Below are positions 1-9,679 of a DNA stretch of 64,000 bases, piece by piece. The notes under the pieces are model-generated. The model was not told the DNA's origin, made no database searches, and saw nothing but the letters and a program-made list of their open reading frames with translations. The position numbers and the translations under genes were made by a program. The stretch is from the NCBI GenBank assembly GCA_965261345.1, contig OZ253449.1, positions 1,792,001 through 1,856,000 of the forward strand, given 5' to 3'. Within the stretch, counting starts at the first letter, position 1, and each line of letters begins with the position of its first letter. This DNA is from Chloroflexota bacterium. Its GTDB lineage: Bacteria > Chloroflexota > UBA11872 > VXNJ01.

Positions 1-1
1 C

Positions 2-1264
2 GCGGCGATCGCCGACCTGGTCAATCACGGGGTTGCCTTCGACACCCAGGGTCAGGAGCTGGCACGTGGCCTGGAGGCGGCCCATTCGGTCCCGCGAATA
101 CTCCATTCGGGCGGGGCGGCCACCGGATTGGCGATCTCGACCGCGTTGCTGGCGGCGGCTCGCGCCGGTGGAATCGAGATAGTCGAATACGCGCAGATGC
201 TCGATCTACTGTTGACCGACGGACAGTGCTCCGGCGCTCGGGTTCTGCTGACCACCACGGGCGAGCAGCTCCGCTGCCGGGCCCCGGTGACGGTGCTGGC
301 CACCGGCGGGGCCGGACAGTTGTATTCACGCACCTCCAATCCGGAAGTTGCCACCGGCGACGGCGTAGCCGCGGCCCTACGTGCCGGGACGACCGTCACC
401 AATCTGGAATTTATGCAATTTCATCCAACCGCCCTGGCAATCGCCGGACGCCCGGCGCACCTTCTCTCGGAAGCCCTACGCGGGCGGGGTGCCCAAATCA
501 TCGACCGGTTGGGGCAACACTTCTTGCAGGATGCCGATCCACGCGGCGAGTTGGCGCCGCGCGACATCGTGGCCCGGGCCATCGCCCATCGCCTGGCCCG
601 GCTCGGAGCCGGCTCGGTGCTGCTCGATGCGTCCAAGCTTGCCGGCGACCCGCCCTCACGACAGTTCCCGCTGCTTTGGCGATCGGTTAACGAATTCGGG
701 ATCGACATCGACCGCGAACCGGTTCCGGTGGCCCCGGTGGCTCACTACTTGATCGGCGGGATTCGCACCGACGACTTTGGGCGTACCAGCCTGCCGGGCC
801 TGTACGCCGCCGGTGAGTCGGCCTCAACCGGCGCCCACGGGGCCAACCGGTTGGCCTCAAACTCGTTGCTCGAGGCGGTGGTTTTTGCCCGTCGGGTGGC
901 CGACCAGGTTATCAACGATGCCGATTGGCAGGATCGGCAGGTTACCGGCGCGCGCGCGGTTGCCGTGGGGAGCAGCCCAATCCCGATCGATCGATCGGCG
1001 CTCCAGAAGGTAATGTGGAATGATGTCGGGATATTTCGCAGCGGAAACGGGCTCCTAAATGCCTTCGATCGACTCTCGGCCATGGCGGCAACCCCTCCGA
1101 CCTCCACTCCCGACGGATGCGAGGACGCCAATTTGGCTCTGGTGGGCATGATGATGGCCCGGGCCGCCCTGGACCGGACCGAAAGCAGAGGGACCCACTA
1201 TCGCCGCGATTACCCCGCCACTGATCGCGGGCAGGCGATTGCCAACTCCTGGCGACTCGGATGA
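2..1264 (+). CDS. nadB: L-aspartate oxidase (5' truncated by the window edge)
   Basis: Frame is open from nt 2 (…LEAAHSVPRILH…). Motifs VLATGGAG, TGDG, MQFHPT, SEALRGRG, ELAPRDIVAR, AHYLIGG, HGANRLASNSLLE and ESRGTHYRRDYP. Immediately upstream of nadC. Confidence 0.95.
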   Translation, partial: AAIADLVNHGVAFDTQGQELARGLEAAHSVPRILHSGGAATGLAISTALLAAARAGGIEIVEYAQMLDLLLTDGQCSGARVLLTTTGEQLRCRAPVTVLATGGAGQLYSRTSNPEVATGDGVAAALRAGTTVTNLEFMQFHPTALAIAGRPAHLLSEALRGRGAQIIDRLGQHFLQDADPRGELAPRDIVARAIAHRLARLGAGSVLLDASKLAGDPPSRQFPLLWRSVNEFGIDIDREPVPVAPVAHYLIGGIRTDDFGRTSLPGLYAAGESASTGAHGANRLASNSLLEAVVFARRVADQVINDADWQDRQVTGARAVAVGSSPIPIDRSALQKVMWNDVGIFRSGNGLLNAFDRLSAMAATPPTSTPDGCEDANLALVGMMMARAALDRTESRGTHYRRDYPATDRGQAIANSWRLG

Positions 1265-2175
1265 ACGGCGTGCATGCTTTCGGGGCGGCGAGCATGGGAG
1301 GGCCGGCCGATGCCGTTAGGTCCTGCGGGCTTGACCCGGATGAGACCTTGCCGTTCCTGCGGCAGATCCTAAGCGAAGATGTTGGCGGCGGCGACATTAC
1401 CTCCAACGCCGTGATACCGTCCGCCGCCAGCGGGGAATTTGCGGTCGTGGCCAAATCCCAGGGAACCCTGGCCGGCGTCCCGCTGGCGGCGGCGATTTTC
1501 TGGATCCAGGACCGGCGGTTGGAGATTGAACTGCCGATCGCCGACGGCGCCTCGGTCAAAAGCGGGGATATCCTGCTGACAGTGGCTGGTTCGGTGCGCT
1601 CGATCCTGGCGGCCGAACGGGTGGCGCTCAACCTGCTGGGCCGGCTTTCAGGGATCGCCAGCCTCACCGCCCGCTTCGTGGCTCAGGTCGCCGCCAGCCG
1701 GGCCCGGGTGCTCGATACGCGGAAGACCGGGTTGGGCACGCGGATGCTTGACAAGTACGCGGTGCGCTGCGGCGGTGGGACCAATCATCGGATCGGGCTC
1801 TTCGACGCGGTCCTGGTAAAGGACAACCACATTGCCGCATCCGGTTCGATCGCCGCCGCAGTGGCCCGCCTGCGGGCGGGCGGGCGGGAAGCTAAGAGCA
1901 TTGAGGTGGAGTGCGACACGATCGACCAGGTCGCCCAATGCCTGGAGTTGGGGGTTGGCCGGATCCTGCTCGACAACATGGACACTGGTCAGATGGCGAC
2001 GGCGGTCAGGATGAACCGGCGACGGTCCGAGCTGGAGGCATCCGGCAGAATCAACCTGCAGACCGCGGCGGCGGTTGCCGCCAGCGGCGTGGACTACCTA
2101 TCGGTGGGAGCGATCACCCACTCGGCGCCGGCTCTTGACGTGGGCTTGAACGCCCTTCCAGGGCCAGCATCCTGA
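1261..2175 (+). CDS. nadC: Nicotinate-nucleotide diphosphorylase (quinolinate phosphoribosyltransferase)
   Basis: ED..GDITS, ERVALNLL, DTRKT, GGGTNHRIGLFDAVLVKDNH, IEVEC, LLDNM and SVGAITHSA motifs. ATGA overlap with nadB. Confidence 0.95.
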   Translation: MNGVHAFGAASMGGPADAVRSCGLDPDETLPFLRQILSEDVGGGDITSNAVIPSAASGEFAVVAKSQGTLAGVPLAAAIFWIQDRRLEIELPIADGASVKSGDILLTVAGSVRSILAAERVALNLLGRLSGIASLTARFVAQVAASRARVLDTRKTGLGTRMLDKYAVRCGGGTNHRIGLFDAVLVKDNHIAASGSIAAAVARLRAGGREAKSIEVECDTIDQVAQCLELGVGRILLDNMDTGQMATAVRMNRRRSELEASGRINLQTAAAVAASGVDYLSVGAITHSAPALDVGLNALPGPAS

Positions 2176-2659
2176 CCTTGAGCTGCGACCCCAGCCGGTA
2201 TCCGCCAATCCCACCGCCGGCTGGCAACACGCGGTGGCAGGGCACCAGCGGCGGGGCGGGATTGGCCCCCACGGCGTTGCCGACCGCCCGAGCGTAACCG
2301 CGCGGCAGACCCAGCGCCGCGGCCAGCTGCGAATAGCTGACGGTTGTACCGGGTCCGACCTTTAGCAGCTCCGCCCAGACCCGTTTCTGAAAATCGGTCC
2401 CCAGCAGGTCGAATTCGAGCGGGAGGGGCGCCCGGCCGTCCAGGAATCGACCGATCGCGGAAAGCCCGCGGGCGGCTTGGGCCGGGCAGTCGGCCCGACC
2501 GACCAGCGCCGCGGCAAGGCGGTCGATGATCGGTTGCGGCTCCCGCTGGGCGAATTCGATGGCGGTGATTCCGCCCGCGCTGGCGGCGACGCCACACCAC
2601 CCCCAATCGGGCCAGTGGTTGATCGCAACCCCTGAAGGTAGATCCGAACTGGGCATCAA
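2114..2659 (-). CDS. ogt: Methylated-DNA-[protein]-cysteine S-methyltransferase
   Basis: GTDFQKRVW, G.TVSY..LA, ARAVGNA and the active-site PCHRV motif. Confidence 0.9.
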   Translation of the reverse strand: MMPSSDLPSGVAINHWPDWGWCGVAASAGGITAIEFAQREPQPIIDRLAAALVGRADCPAQAARGLSAIGRFLDGRAPLPLEFDLLGTDFQKRVWAELLKVGPGTTVSYSQLAAALGLPRGYARAVGNAVGANPAPPLVPCHRVLPAGGGIGGYRLGSQLKVRMLALEGRSSPRQEPAPSG

Positions 2660-2691
2660 AACCTCTGCCCCGGCGGCGGAGCGGTCGATCT

Positions 2692-3633
2692 TTAGGCCGC
2701 CGTAGCTCCGGGAACCGGGACCGAATCGAGGATGTCGCCCACGGTGGCACGGGTGTCCAGGTTGCGGATGCGGGCCGCCGGCGACACGATCAAGCGGTGC
2801 GCCAATACCGCCGCCGCCAGGTATTTGACATCGTCGGGAATCACGTAGTCGCGGCCCCGGAAGTCGGCTAAAGTCTGTGAACCGCGGAACAGCGCCAACA
2901 CCGCGCGGGTGCTGCCGCCCAAATACAGGTCGGGATGCGAACGGGTGCTGCGAACGACATCGACCAAGTATTCGCGCACACGCTGATCGACGTAGACATC
3001 GCGGATCGCCGTCTGCGCGGCTTGCAGCTCATCCGCGGTTACAACCTGGCCGATCTCTTCGATCGGACTGCGGTGCAACTGCGACTCGATGATGTCCAGT
3101 TCGGCCTGGCGGTCGGCGTAGCCCAGGGTGATGCGCATGAAAAAACGGTCAAGCTGTGACTCGGGCAGCGGGAAGGTGCCTTCGTATTCGATCGGGTTTT
3201 CGGTCGCCATTACCAAAAAGGGATTGGGCAATTTATAGGACGTTCCGTCGACGGTGACCTGACGTTCGTCCATCGCCTCGAGCAGCGCCGCCTGGGTCTT
3301 GGGGGTCGCTCGATTGACCTCGTCGGCGAGCACGATCTGGGCGTGGATTGGCCCTGGTCGGAATTCGAATTCCTGGTTTTTCTGATTGAATATCGAGACG
3401 CCGGATATATCCGATGGGAGCATGTCAGGGGTAAATTGCACCCGCGAAAAGGTGCTCCCGATGGACTGGGCGAAGGCTTTTGCCAATGTCGTTTTCCCGA
3501 CCCCGGGTACGTCTTCAATCAGGACGTGACCTTGGCTGATTAATGCCACCAAGACAAGTTCAACCTCGGCTTTCTTGCCCAAAATCACCTTTTCGACGTT
3601 GGCGATCACGCGACCGGCGATGTCAGACTGCAA
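2692..3633 (-). CDS. moxR: MoxR family AAA+ ATPase
   Basis: [45 protein letters not shown] and [22 protein letters not shown] start. Confidence 0.93.
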   Translation of the reverse strand: MQSDIAGRVIANVEKVILGKKAEVELVLVALISQGHVLIEDVPGVGKTTLAKAFAQSIGSTFSRVQFTPDMLPSDISGVSIFNQKNQEFEFRPGPIHAQIVLADEVNRATPKTQAALLEAMDERQVTVDGTSYKLPNPFLVMATENPIEYEGTFPLPESQLDRFFMRITLGYADRQAELDIIESQLHRSPIEEIGQVVTADELQAAQTAIRDVYVDQRVREYLVDVVRSTRSHPDLYLGGSTRAVLALFRGSQTLADFRGRDYVIPDDVKYLAAAVLAHRLIVSPAARIRNLDTRATVGDILDSVPVPGATAA

Positions 3634-3747
3634 GCTCTTTAGCCGTTTCCATTTGTAGTCGGGGCCGCGCGATTCTAGGGGCCGCTGGCCCGCGGGACGC
3701 CGGCCAAGTTCCCTCGATCGGGAATTTAGCCACTCGCTGCGCGACGC

Positions 3748-4380
3748 TCAAGCGGTTGCCGGCGGATCGAATTCTTCCAGCGCGCGGCGGCAATGGGCGC
3801 GATAGCTGGTAAATCGCGAACCGGGTTCGAACGGTGGTTCGTCGGCCTCGACGGCGCTCAACCCATCCTCGCCGGCCAAGAGTAGGACCCTCGCCTTTAG
3901 CAGCGCGTAGGCTGATTCCGGATGTTTTTCTCGCAGGTAGGCAAACACCGAGCCGGCGGTCCGCTCAAACCGGGCGACTACGCCGGGGTCGCGAACGAAC
4001 ATTTCGATCTGCCTAAGCGGGCGGCGCCAACCCTTGCCCATGCGGAAGTCGAGCTGGTCGAGAACGATTCCGGATTCGCCCAGGATCGCACGCAGCTTGA
4101 AGGCCAATTCGTCAAGGGTAAGTGCTTCGACGTCGGTCTGTCGGGCGCGGGCTTCCTCGGCGAGGGCAACCCAGTCGACCTGTACGTCCGGATAGAGCGA
4201 GGCGAACTCTTCACTCAGCTGAGGGGTAATCGTTGGATCGGCGCCCAGGTAGGCCAGGTGGCGGGGTGCCCCCGATGGGCTCGCGGGGTCGTCGGCGATG
4301 ATCCAGGCCACCCGAATCGATTTTTCATAACCGTTGGGCAGGGTCCGCTGCTCGCGGTACCAGACGATTCGCGCCCGCAT
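3748..4380 (-). CDS. Hypothetical protein, possibly nucleic-acid binding (HTH-like central segment)
   Basis: ATG at 4380 has a GAGG RBS and fills the gap between infC and moxR. Protein-like composition. LDELAFKLRAILGESGIVLDQLDFRMG resembles an XRE-type helix pair. Confidence 0.7.
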   Translation of the reverse strand: MRARIVWYREQRTLPNGYEKSIRVAWIIADDPASPSGAPRHLAYLGADPTITPQLSEEFASLYPDVQVDWVALAEEARARQTDVEALTLDELAFKLRAILGESGIVLDQLDFRMGKGWRRPLRQIEMFVRDPGVVARFERTAGSVFAYLREKHPESAYALLKARVLLLAGEDGLSAVEADEPPFEPGSRFTSYRAHCRRALEEFDPPATA

Positions 4381-4405
4381 CTTGCGCCTCAATTCCGCCG
4401 ATCGG

Positions 4406-4951
4406 CTAGTTGTTCCTCCGCGCCATTGCGCCACGGCTGGGGCCCGGCACCAATATCACCGCGAACGAACCATTGCTCTCAGCCGCGATCGGGTTTTCAA
4501 CGTGCCCGACATCGTCGAGTTTGGTAACCACCTTGTTTAACAATTCGGCCGCCAGCTCGGGGTATACACGTTCACGGCCGCGCATCCGCACAGTGGCCTT
4601 AACCTTGGCGCCAGCGCTTAGAAACTTGGACATGCGCCGCAATTTGGTGTCGATGTCCTGGTCTGAGGTCACCGGTCGAAAGCGAACTTCCTTCACGTCG
4701 CCGGACCGCTGGTTCTTGCGGTTGCTTCGATCTTTCCGCTCTTGCCGATAACGGTACTTGCCGTAATCGAGAAATTTAGCGACCGGCGGCGAGGCATTGG
4801 GCGCCACCTCCACCAGGTCAAGCCCTTTCTGGCGGGCCAACGATAAAGCGTTGATGGTTGGCATCACGCCTAATTTCTGGTTTTGGTCATCAATTAATAG
4901 GACTTCGCGGTGCATGATGCTGTCGTTTATGCGAAGTTCCTTCGAACTCAT
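4406..4951 (-). CDS. infC: Translation initiation factor IF-3
   Basis: RINDSI..REVLLID, LDLVEVAPNASPPVAKFLDYGKYRY, VKEVRFRP and RGRE. AGGAG upstream. Confidence 0.96.
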   Translation of the reverse strand: MSSKELRINDSIMHREVLLIDDQNQKLGVMPTINALSLARQKGLDLVEVAPNASPPVAKFLDYGKYRYRQERKDRSNRKNQRSGDVKEVRFRPVTSDQDIDTKLRRMSKFLSAGAKVKATVRMRGRERVYPELAAELLNKVVTKLDDVGHVENPIAAESNGSFAVILVPGPSRGAMARRNN

Positions 4952-5187
4952 GCTCGTGGGGTGCTCCTAATTCCTTAAACCTTCCGCGGCCAAGGGCCGT
5001 CATTGAATATCCCATATTGGCGAAAATACCAGACGATTGCCAGTGGACCGAACAAAAATAGAGATCGACGCTCGATCGAAAACTTAAAGTCACGCAACTG
5101 GGCAGCGCGTTTATTGGACCAAATGTCGATTTACGCATTTTGCGTGGCCGGCCGCGGCATGATTCAGGCGGCAAGCCTGGTTTGGCG

Positions 5188-7488
5188 ATGAAGTCGCTCC
5201 AGGCCTCGCTGCGACGTGGGATACCCAATAACACCTCGACCAACGTCGTTAGCATAACGACCCCGTTGCGGCGCAAGCGCCTGGGTGCGCTCAACCTCCT
5301 GGTGGAGGGCGCTAACCCGTCGATGCGCCATACCTTCGGTAACTCCCTAGTTTCGGCATACTATCGCCAAAGCGGCGAATCGATCGAAGCCAACGTGGCC
5401 CTGGCGACCCGCACCGCTTTGTCGGCCGCCGAAGGCCAGCGGCGCGAGGATGACCGGTCCGAACTCGGGTTTTCGCTGGCGATCGCTACCGATCAGATGC
5501 TGCACATATTTCAGTTGCCGCCGGCACTGGCCTTTTTTGTTCGGGGCGGGCAGGCCGCTCTGCTTCCGCCCACGGGGCCCGGCGCCGCGGCGCTGGGGCG
5601 GGTCGATCGAAGCGTGGAGCATTACTCGACAGCGCTTGAACCCGACGATGTTGTGGTGCTGGTTAATTCGTCGGCTGGGGCAGCGGTATCGAACCACGAG
5701 GTCAGTTCCCTGTATTCGCGCCGGCAATCGGCCATGTCGCCCGTGCAATTGGTTCTGCTGCTGCGGCGCCGCGGGGTTACCGATTGTGACGTTATGGTCC
5801 TGCATTCGCCCACACTGCCGCCGCCACCGGCCGCCAGGCCCGAAATGCGGCAGCGGTTGGTGCCCGAATGGCGGCGGCGGCCGGTGGCCGAAAGGGTCCA
5901 CCCGGGCATCGAGGACGCGGATCCGGTCGAATTGCTGCTCGCCGACGAAGCGCGTGCGGTCGTGGTTGGAGCCCGCGCCGAGCGAACTTCCGGTGTCCGC
6001 ACGCCAGGTCGTTTGAATGCCCTTGCCAATCCCGGTGCTCGGGCGCGCGGTGCCCGGTCGGGTTCGGGGTGGTCGCCGATCACCAGGATCCGGCGGCTGT
6101 TGTTTGGTGAACCGCGACCGATCGCGGTGGAGGATTCGTACGTTGCCGAATTGGCCAGCCGGAACCGCGTGGACAGCTCGGCCGAACAGCCGGTGCGCGA
6201 CCTTTTTGAGGAATTGCCGGGTACCGACGTTGAATCTACGTTCGGTGGCCTCAGCAGCGAGACGCTCGCGCGGCGACGAAACCCCGGACGCCGGCTTGGA
6301 CTGGGCGCCGCGCTTTTTGTCCTGGCGTTTGCGGTCTTATTGCTGGTCGTGCTCATTACCGGGTTGCGAACCCCGAACGAGTCGGCCGTGCCAAGCCCGT
6401 TCCAACCGGTAGTTTCCAGCCCCGCTCCGGCGGCGGTCGAGGGGGTGGGCGGTGGACAGGGGTTCACCCGCGCGCAGGAAATCCTCGCCGACGCCGGTGG
6501 TCAAACCGACGACGGCCAGGCCTTGGTATTGCTGCTGGAAGCCCAGAGCCAAGCGCGCCTGGCTGCCGACCTGGGCGCCAGCCAGGCTGATGTCGATGCC
6601 CTCCTGGCGCAAATAGCTCAGGAGCAGGACCGGCGCAACCGCGTATACCGGCTGGCCACCAGCCGAACTTTGGGCGACCTGGGTGGTGATATTGGCCGCG
6701 CCCGCGGCAATCAGCTGGAGGCGGTTGGCGGGGTTTATTACGTTCTCTCCGGTGCCGGCAACGAGCTCATCGAGATCGCTGAACCGGGCGTCGCCCAGGT
6801 GGCGCAACTGGACGGAACGGCCATCGCTGGCCAGGAGCTGACAGCGCTGGTGGCGCGCCCGCTGGGGTTGCTGTTGATCTCGGCTCAGGGCACGATCCTA
6901 AACATCGAACCCGACACAACCCCTGCCCGTCTGGTGGTCCTGGATCCCTCTGCCTGGAGCGGATTTGTCGATGTCGACAACTTCCAAAACAACCTCTACC
7001 GGCTGCAGCCGGAACTCAACCAGATCTTCAAATACACGCCGACGACGCTTGGCTATGAACTTGAACCGGTCGATTTCTTCGAACAACCGACCGACATCGG
7101 GTCGGCAATCGACATGGCAATCGACGGCGACATATATCTGCTGTTGGCCGACAACACGATCAAACGGTTACGCGTCGGCCAACAAATTACGTTTGAAGTG
7201 TCGGGCATCGACAAACCCCTAACCGGGGCTGCACTCATTTATACTGATCAGCGCCTCGAGAGCGTTTACGTGGTTGACGCAGGGTTCAACCGAATCGTTG
7301 AATTGGACAAACGGGCCGGACGTGAAGGTGAGTTTAAGCGCCAGTTCCTCTACACCGGCGCCGACGACTTCTTTGCCGATATCCGTGGAATCTGGGTGGA
7401 CGAGGTCGCCGGAGTGATGGTGGTGCTGGGGTCGGACTCGCTGCGCGAGTTCGTCCTGCCGCCTTTGGCGACCGCGCCGGGCAGCTAG
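5188..7488 (+). CDS. Single-pass membrane protein: degenerate PP2C/SpoIIE-like N-domain, linker, TM helix and C-terminal NHL-like beta-propeller
   Basis: Long ORF with TM segment LGLGAALFVLAFAVLLLVVLITGL. Propeller-like repeats NNLYRL, AIDMAIDGDIYLL and VYVVDAGFNRIVELDK. The start is uncertain (5140 TTG or 5188 ATG). Confidence 0.75.
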   Translation: MKSLQASLRRGIPNNTSTNVVSITTPLRRKRLGALNLLVEGANPSMRHTFGNSLVSAYYRQSGESIEANVALATRTALSAAEGQRREDDRSELGFSLAIATDQMLHIFQLPPALAFFVRGGQAALLPPTGPGAAALGRVDRSVEHYSTALEPDDVVVLVNSSAGAAVSNHEVSSLYSRRQSAMSPVQLVLLLRRRGVTDCDVMVLHSPTLPPPPAARPEMRQRLVPEWRRRPVAERVHPGIEDADPVELLLADEARAVVVGARAERTSGVRTPGRLNALANPGARARGARSGSGWSPITRIRRLLFGEPRPIAVEDSYVAELASRNRVDSSAEQPVRDLFEELPGTDVESTFGGLSSETLARRRNPGRRLGLGAALFVLAFAVLLLVVLITGLRTPNESAVPSPFQPVVSSPAPAAVEGVGGGQGFTRAQEILADAGGQTDDGQALVLLLEAQSQARLAADLGASQADVDALLAQIAQEQDRRNRVYRLATSRTLGDLGGDIGRARGNQLEAVGGVYYVLSGAGNELIEIAEPGVAQVAQLDGTAIAGQELTALVARPLGLLLISAQGTILNIEPDTTPARLVVLDPSAWSGFVDVDNFQNNLYRLQPELNQIFKYTPTTLGYELEPVDFFEQPTDIGSAIDMAIDGDIYLLLADNTIKRLRVGQQITFEVSGIDKPLTGAALIYTDQRLESVYVVDAGFNRIVELDKRAGREGEFKRQFLYTGADDFFADIRGIWVDEVAGVMVVLGSDSLREFVLPPLATAPGS

Positions 7489-7500
7489 CCTTCCCACCGG

Positions 7501-7571
7501 AGCAGGCAGCGGGAATCGAACCCGCCTCTCAACCTTGGGAAGGTCGCGTTCTACCAATGAACTATGCCTGC
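7501..7571 (-). tRNA. tRNA-Gly (anticodon CCC)
   Basis: Reverse complement GCAGGCATAGTTCATTGGTAGAACGCGACCTTCCCAAGGTTGAGAGGCGGGTTCGATTCCCGCTGCCTGCT folds as a cloverleaf with a TTCGATT T-loop, CCC anticodon and U discriminator. CCA is not encoded. Confidence 0.96.
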
Positions 7572-7708
7572 CGGATACTTGTGGGAAAAATTCTAGGGTT
7601 TTTCGCCGCGTCTGGACCGCCCCCGGCAATTTTCCAGGTCAGCCACGACAACCCTGCCGGCGCTCCGGCCTCGGGAATGTTTTTGCGCGCCGTTGCAAGG
7701 TTTCTCTA

Positions 7709-9466
7709 ATGCTCAAACGCGATGCGACTTGTGGTTCGCTAGGTAGCGCCCACGTTGGCTCCAGCGCCACCCTGGGCGGATGGGTTCACCGCCGCCGCGA
7801 TCATGGCGGCCTCGTATTTATCGACTTGCGAGACCGCTACGGTCTCACCCAGGTGGTATTCGACCCAAGTTCAAATCCAAAAGCACACGCGGCCGCCGCC
7901 CGCCTGCGCAGCGAATGGGTGGTCCTAGTCCACGGCCAGGTCGCGGCGCGCCCGCCGGGAACTGCCAACCCCGATCTGGTGACCGGGCAGATCGAGCTGC
8001 ACGCCGAACGGTTGGAAATCGTGAACCCGGCCGAAACTCCCCCGTTTGCCATCGACGACGAGTCGGCCGCCAGCCCCGAGCTGCGTATGCGTTACCGCTA
8101 TCTTGACCTGCGACAGCGCGCGCAACGCGAAGTGCTTGAACTACGTCACCGGATAGTCAAACGAATGCGCGATTTTCTCGACCAGCGCCAATTTCTGGAG
8201 ATCGAGACGCCGTTACTGATCAAGTCCACGCCGGAGGGCGCGCGCGATTTCGTAGTTCCCTCGCGCCAGCACAACGGGAGTTTTTACGCACTGCCGCAAT
8301 CGCCGCAGCAAATGAAGCAGATTCTCATGATCGCCGGATTGGATCGTTACTTCCAAATTGCCAAGTGCTTTCGCGACGAGGATCCGCGGGCCGATCGAAG
8401 CCTTGAATTTACTCAGCTGGACATTGAAATGGCGTTCGTTGACGGCGAGGACGTGATGGGCCTGGTTGAGGAGCTCTATCGCCAGGTCATTGGCGAATTG
8501 TCAAGCAGGCGGCTGCCGGACAAGCCATTTACGCGAATCGATTACTACGAGTGCCTGGAGCGGTTTGGCAGCGATGCCCCGGACCTGCGCATCCCGATGG
8601 AGATCTGTGACCTAACCGACCTGACGGCCGACTGCGGATTTCGGGCCTTCGGCGCGGCGACGGCGGCCGGCGGCCGCGTGCGCGGTTTGCGGTTGCCGGG
8701 CTGTGCGGCCTATTCGCGCCGCCAGCTGGACGAATTGACCGAACTTGCCCAATCCGCTGGGGCCCTAGGGGTCGTGTGGTTAGCGCACCGTGAAGCCGGC
8801 TACTGGGGCCCCCTGGCGCGGGTTCTTCAGCCGTCCGAATTAGAACTGATTGCCGACCGGCTCTCGCTCGAGCGGGGCGATCTGGCGGCGATCGTGGCCG
8901 ATTCCGACGCCGTGACCGGCCCGGTCCTTGGATCGCTGCGCGAGCGGATCGGGCAACGCCTGGGCATGCGGGACCCCGATCAGCTCGCCTTTTGTTGGGT
9001 GACCGGCTTCCCGCTGCTTGAGCGCCAAGGTGATGGATTTACGTTTTCGCACAATCCGTTCTGCGGAATGCCGGCGGGTAGCGAGCACCTGCTGGATACC
9101 GATCCGGCGGCAGCGCCCTCGCTTCAGTACGATTTGGTCTGCAACGGGTGGGAGCTGGGTGGCGGATCGATTCGGATCCACGATCCCAAGCTGCAGCGCA
9201 AGGTCTTCGGTCTGCTCGGATATTCCGAGGACGCGATCGAATCCAATTTCGGACCGATGTTGCGGGCGTTCGATTTCGGCGTTCCGCCGCACGGTGGGAT
9301 TGCCACCGGTATCGACCGCTTGGTCATGCTGCTGGCCGGGCGTGATTCGATTCGCGACGTGGTCGCTTTCCCCAAGACTCAGGATGGCGTGGATCTGGCG
9401 CAGGCCGCCCCCGGAGAAATTTCGACCGTCCAGCTCAATGAATTGGGTTTACTGATCAGGGACTAG
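7709..9466 (+). CDS. aspS: Aspartate-tRNA ligase, probably the non-discriminating Asp/Asn type
   Basis: GWVHRRRDHGGLVFIDLRD, STPEGARDF, LPQSPQ, FRDED.RADR..EFTQLDIE, GGGSIRIH and PPHGGIA.GIDR. The His in RDHGG and Gly in RPPG are typical of ND-AspRS. Real start taken at ATG 7709. Confidence 0.96.
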   Translation: MLKRDATCGSLGSAHVGSSATLGGWVHRRRDHGGLVFIDLRDRYGLTQVVFDPSSNPKAHAAAARLRSEWVVLVHGQVAARPPGTANPDLVTGQIELHAERLEIVNPAETPPFAIDDESAASPELRMRYRYLDLRQRAQREVLELRHRIVKRMRDFLDQRQFLEIETPLLIKSTPEGARDFVVPSRQHNGSFYALPQSPQQMKQILMIAGLDRYFQIAKCFRDEDPRADRSLEFTQLDIEMAFVDGEDVMGLVEELYRQVIGELSSRRLPDKPFTRIDYYECLERFGSDAPDLRIPMEICDLTDLTADCGFRAFGAATAAGGRVRGLRLPGCAAYSRRQLDELTELAQSAGALGVVWLAHREAGYWGPLARVLQPSELELIADRLSLERGDLAAIVADSDAVTGPVLGSLRERIGQRLGMRDPDQLAFCWVTGFPLLERQGDGFTFSHNPFCGMPAGSEHLLDTDPAAAPSLQYDLVCNGWELGGGSIRIHDPKLQRKVFGLLGYSEDAIESNFGPMLRAFDFGVPPHGGIATGIDRLVMLLAGRDSIRDVVAFPKTQDGVDLAQAAPGEISTVQLNELGLLIRD

Positions 9467-9498
9467 GCACGATCGCCGCGGTTGGTCATAATTTGGCC

Positions 9499-9679
9499 GA
9501 CAGGGTTCTCGACGCCGTACGATACCGTGTCAGCCCCAGATCGGTTCCAACAGCTCTTAAAAGGGAGCTTGGCTGGTGGCGGGGACGGCTTTTCGCAGTT
9601 GTTTCCGTCGGCCGCGGGCACCCACCTGGTAACCCGGGGACTGTTGGGGCGCACGCCGGCGGCGGTGGTGAACCCTGTC
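9499..9679 (+). ncRNA. ssrS: 6S RNA (SsrS)
   Basis: About 180-nt intergenic element whose ends pair (GACAGGGTTC…GAACCCTGTC). Contains the 6S-like segments AAAAGGGAGC and GGCACCCACCTG. CATAAT -10 box at 9487-9492. Lies directly downstream of aspS, as Bacillus 6S-1 does. Confidence 0.8.

Noticed and set aside
7490-7580. tRNA as an integration site for a genomic island
   Set aside because: There is no integrase, no duplicated tRNA 3' end and no compositional shift nearby.
7219-7708. ORF 7219-7629 and the 58-aa N-terminal extension of aspS
   Set aside because: Both overlap tRNA-Gly, and aspS homology starts at ATG 7709.
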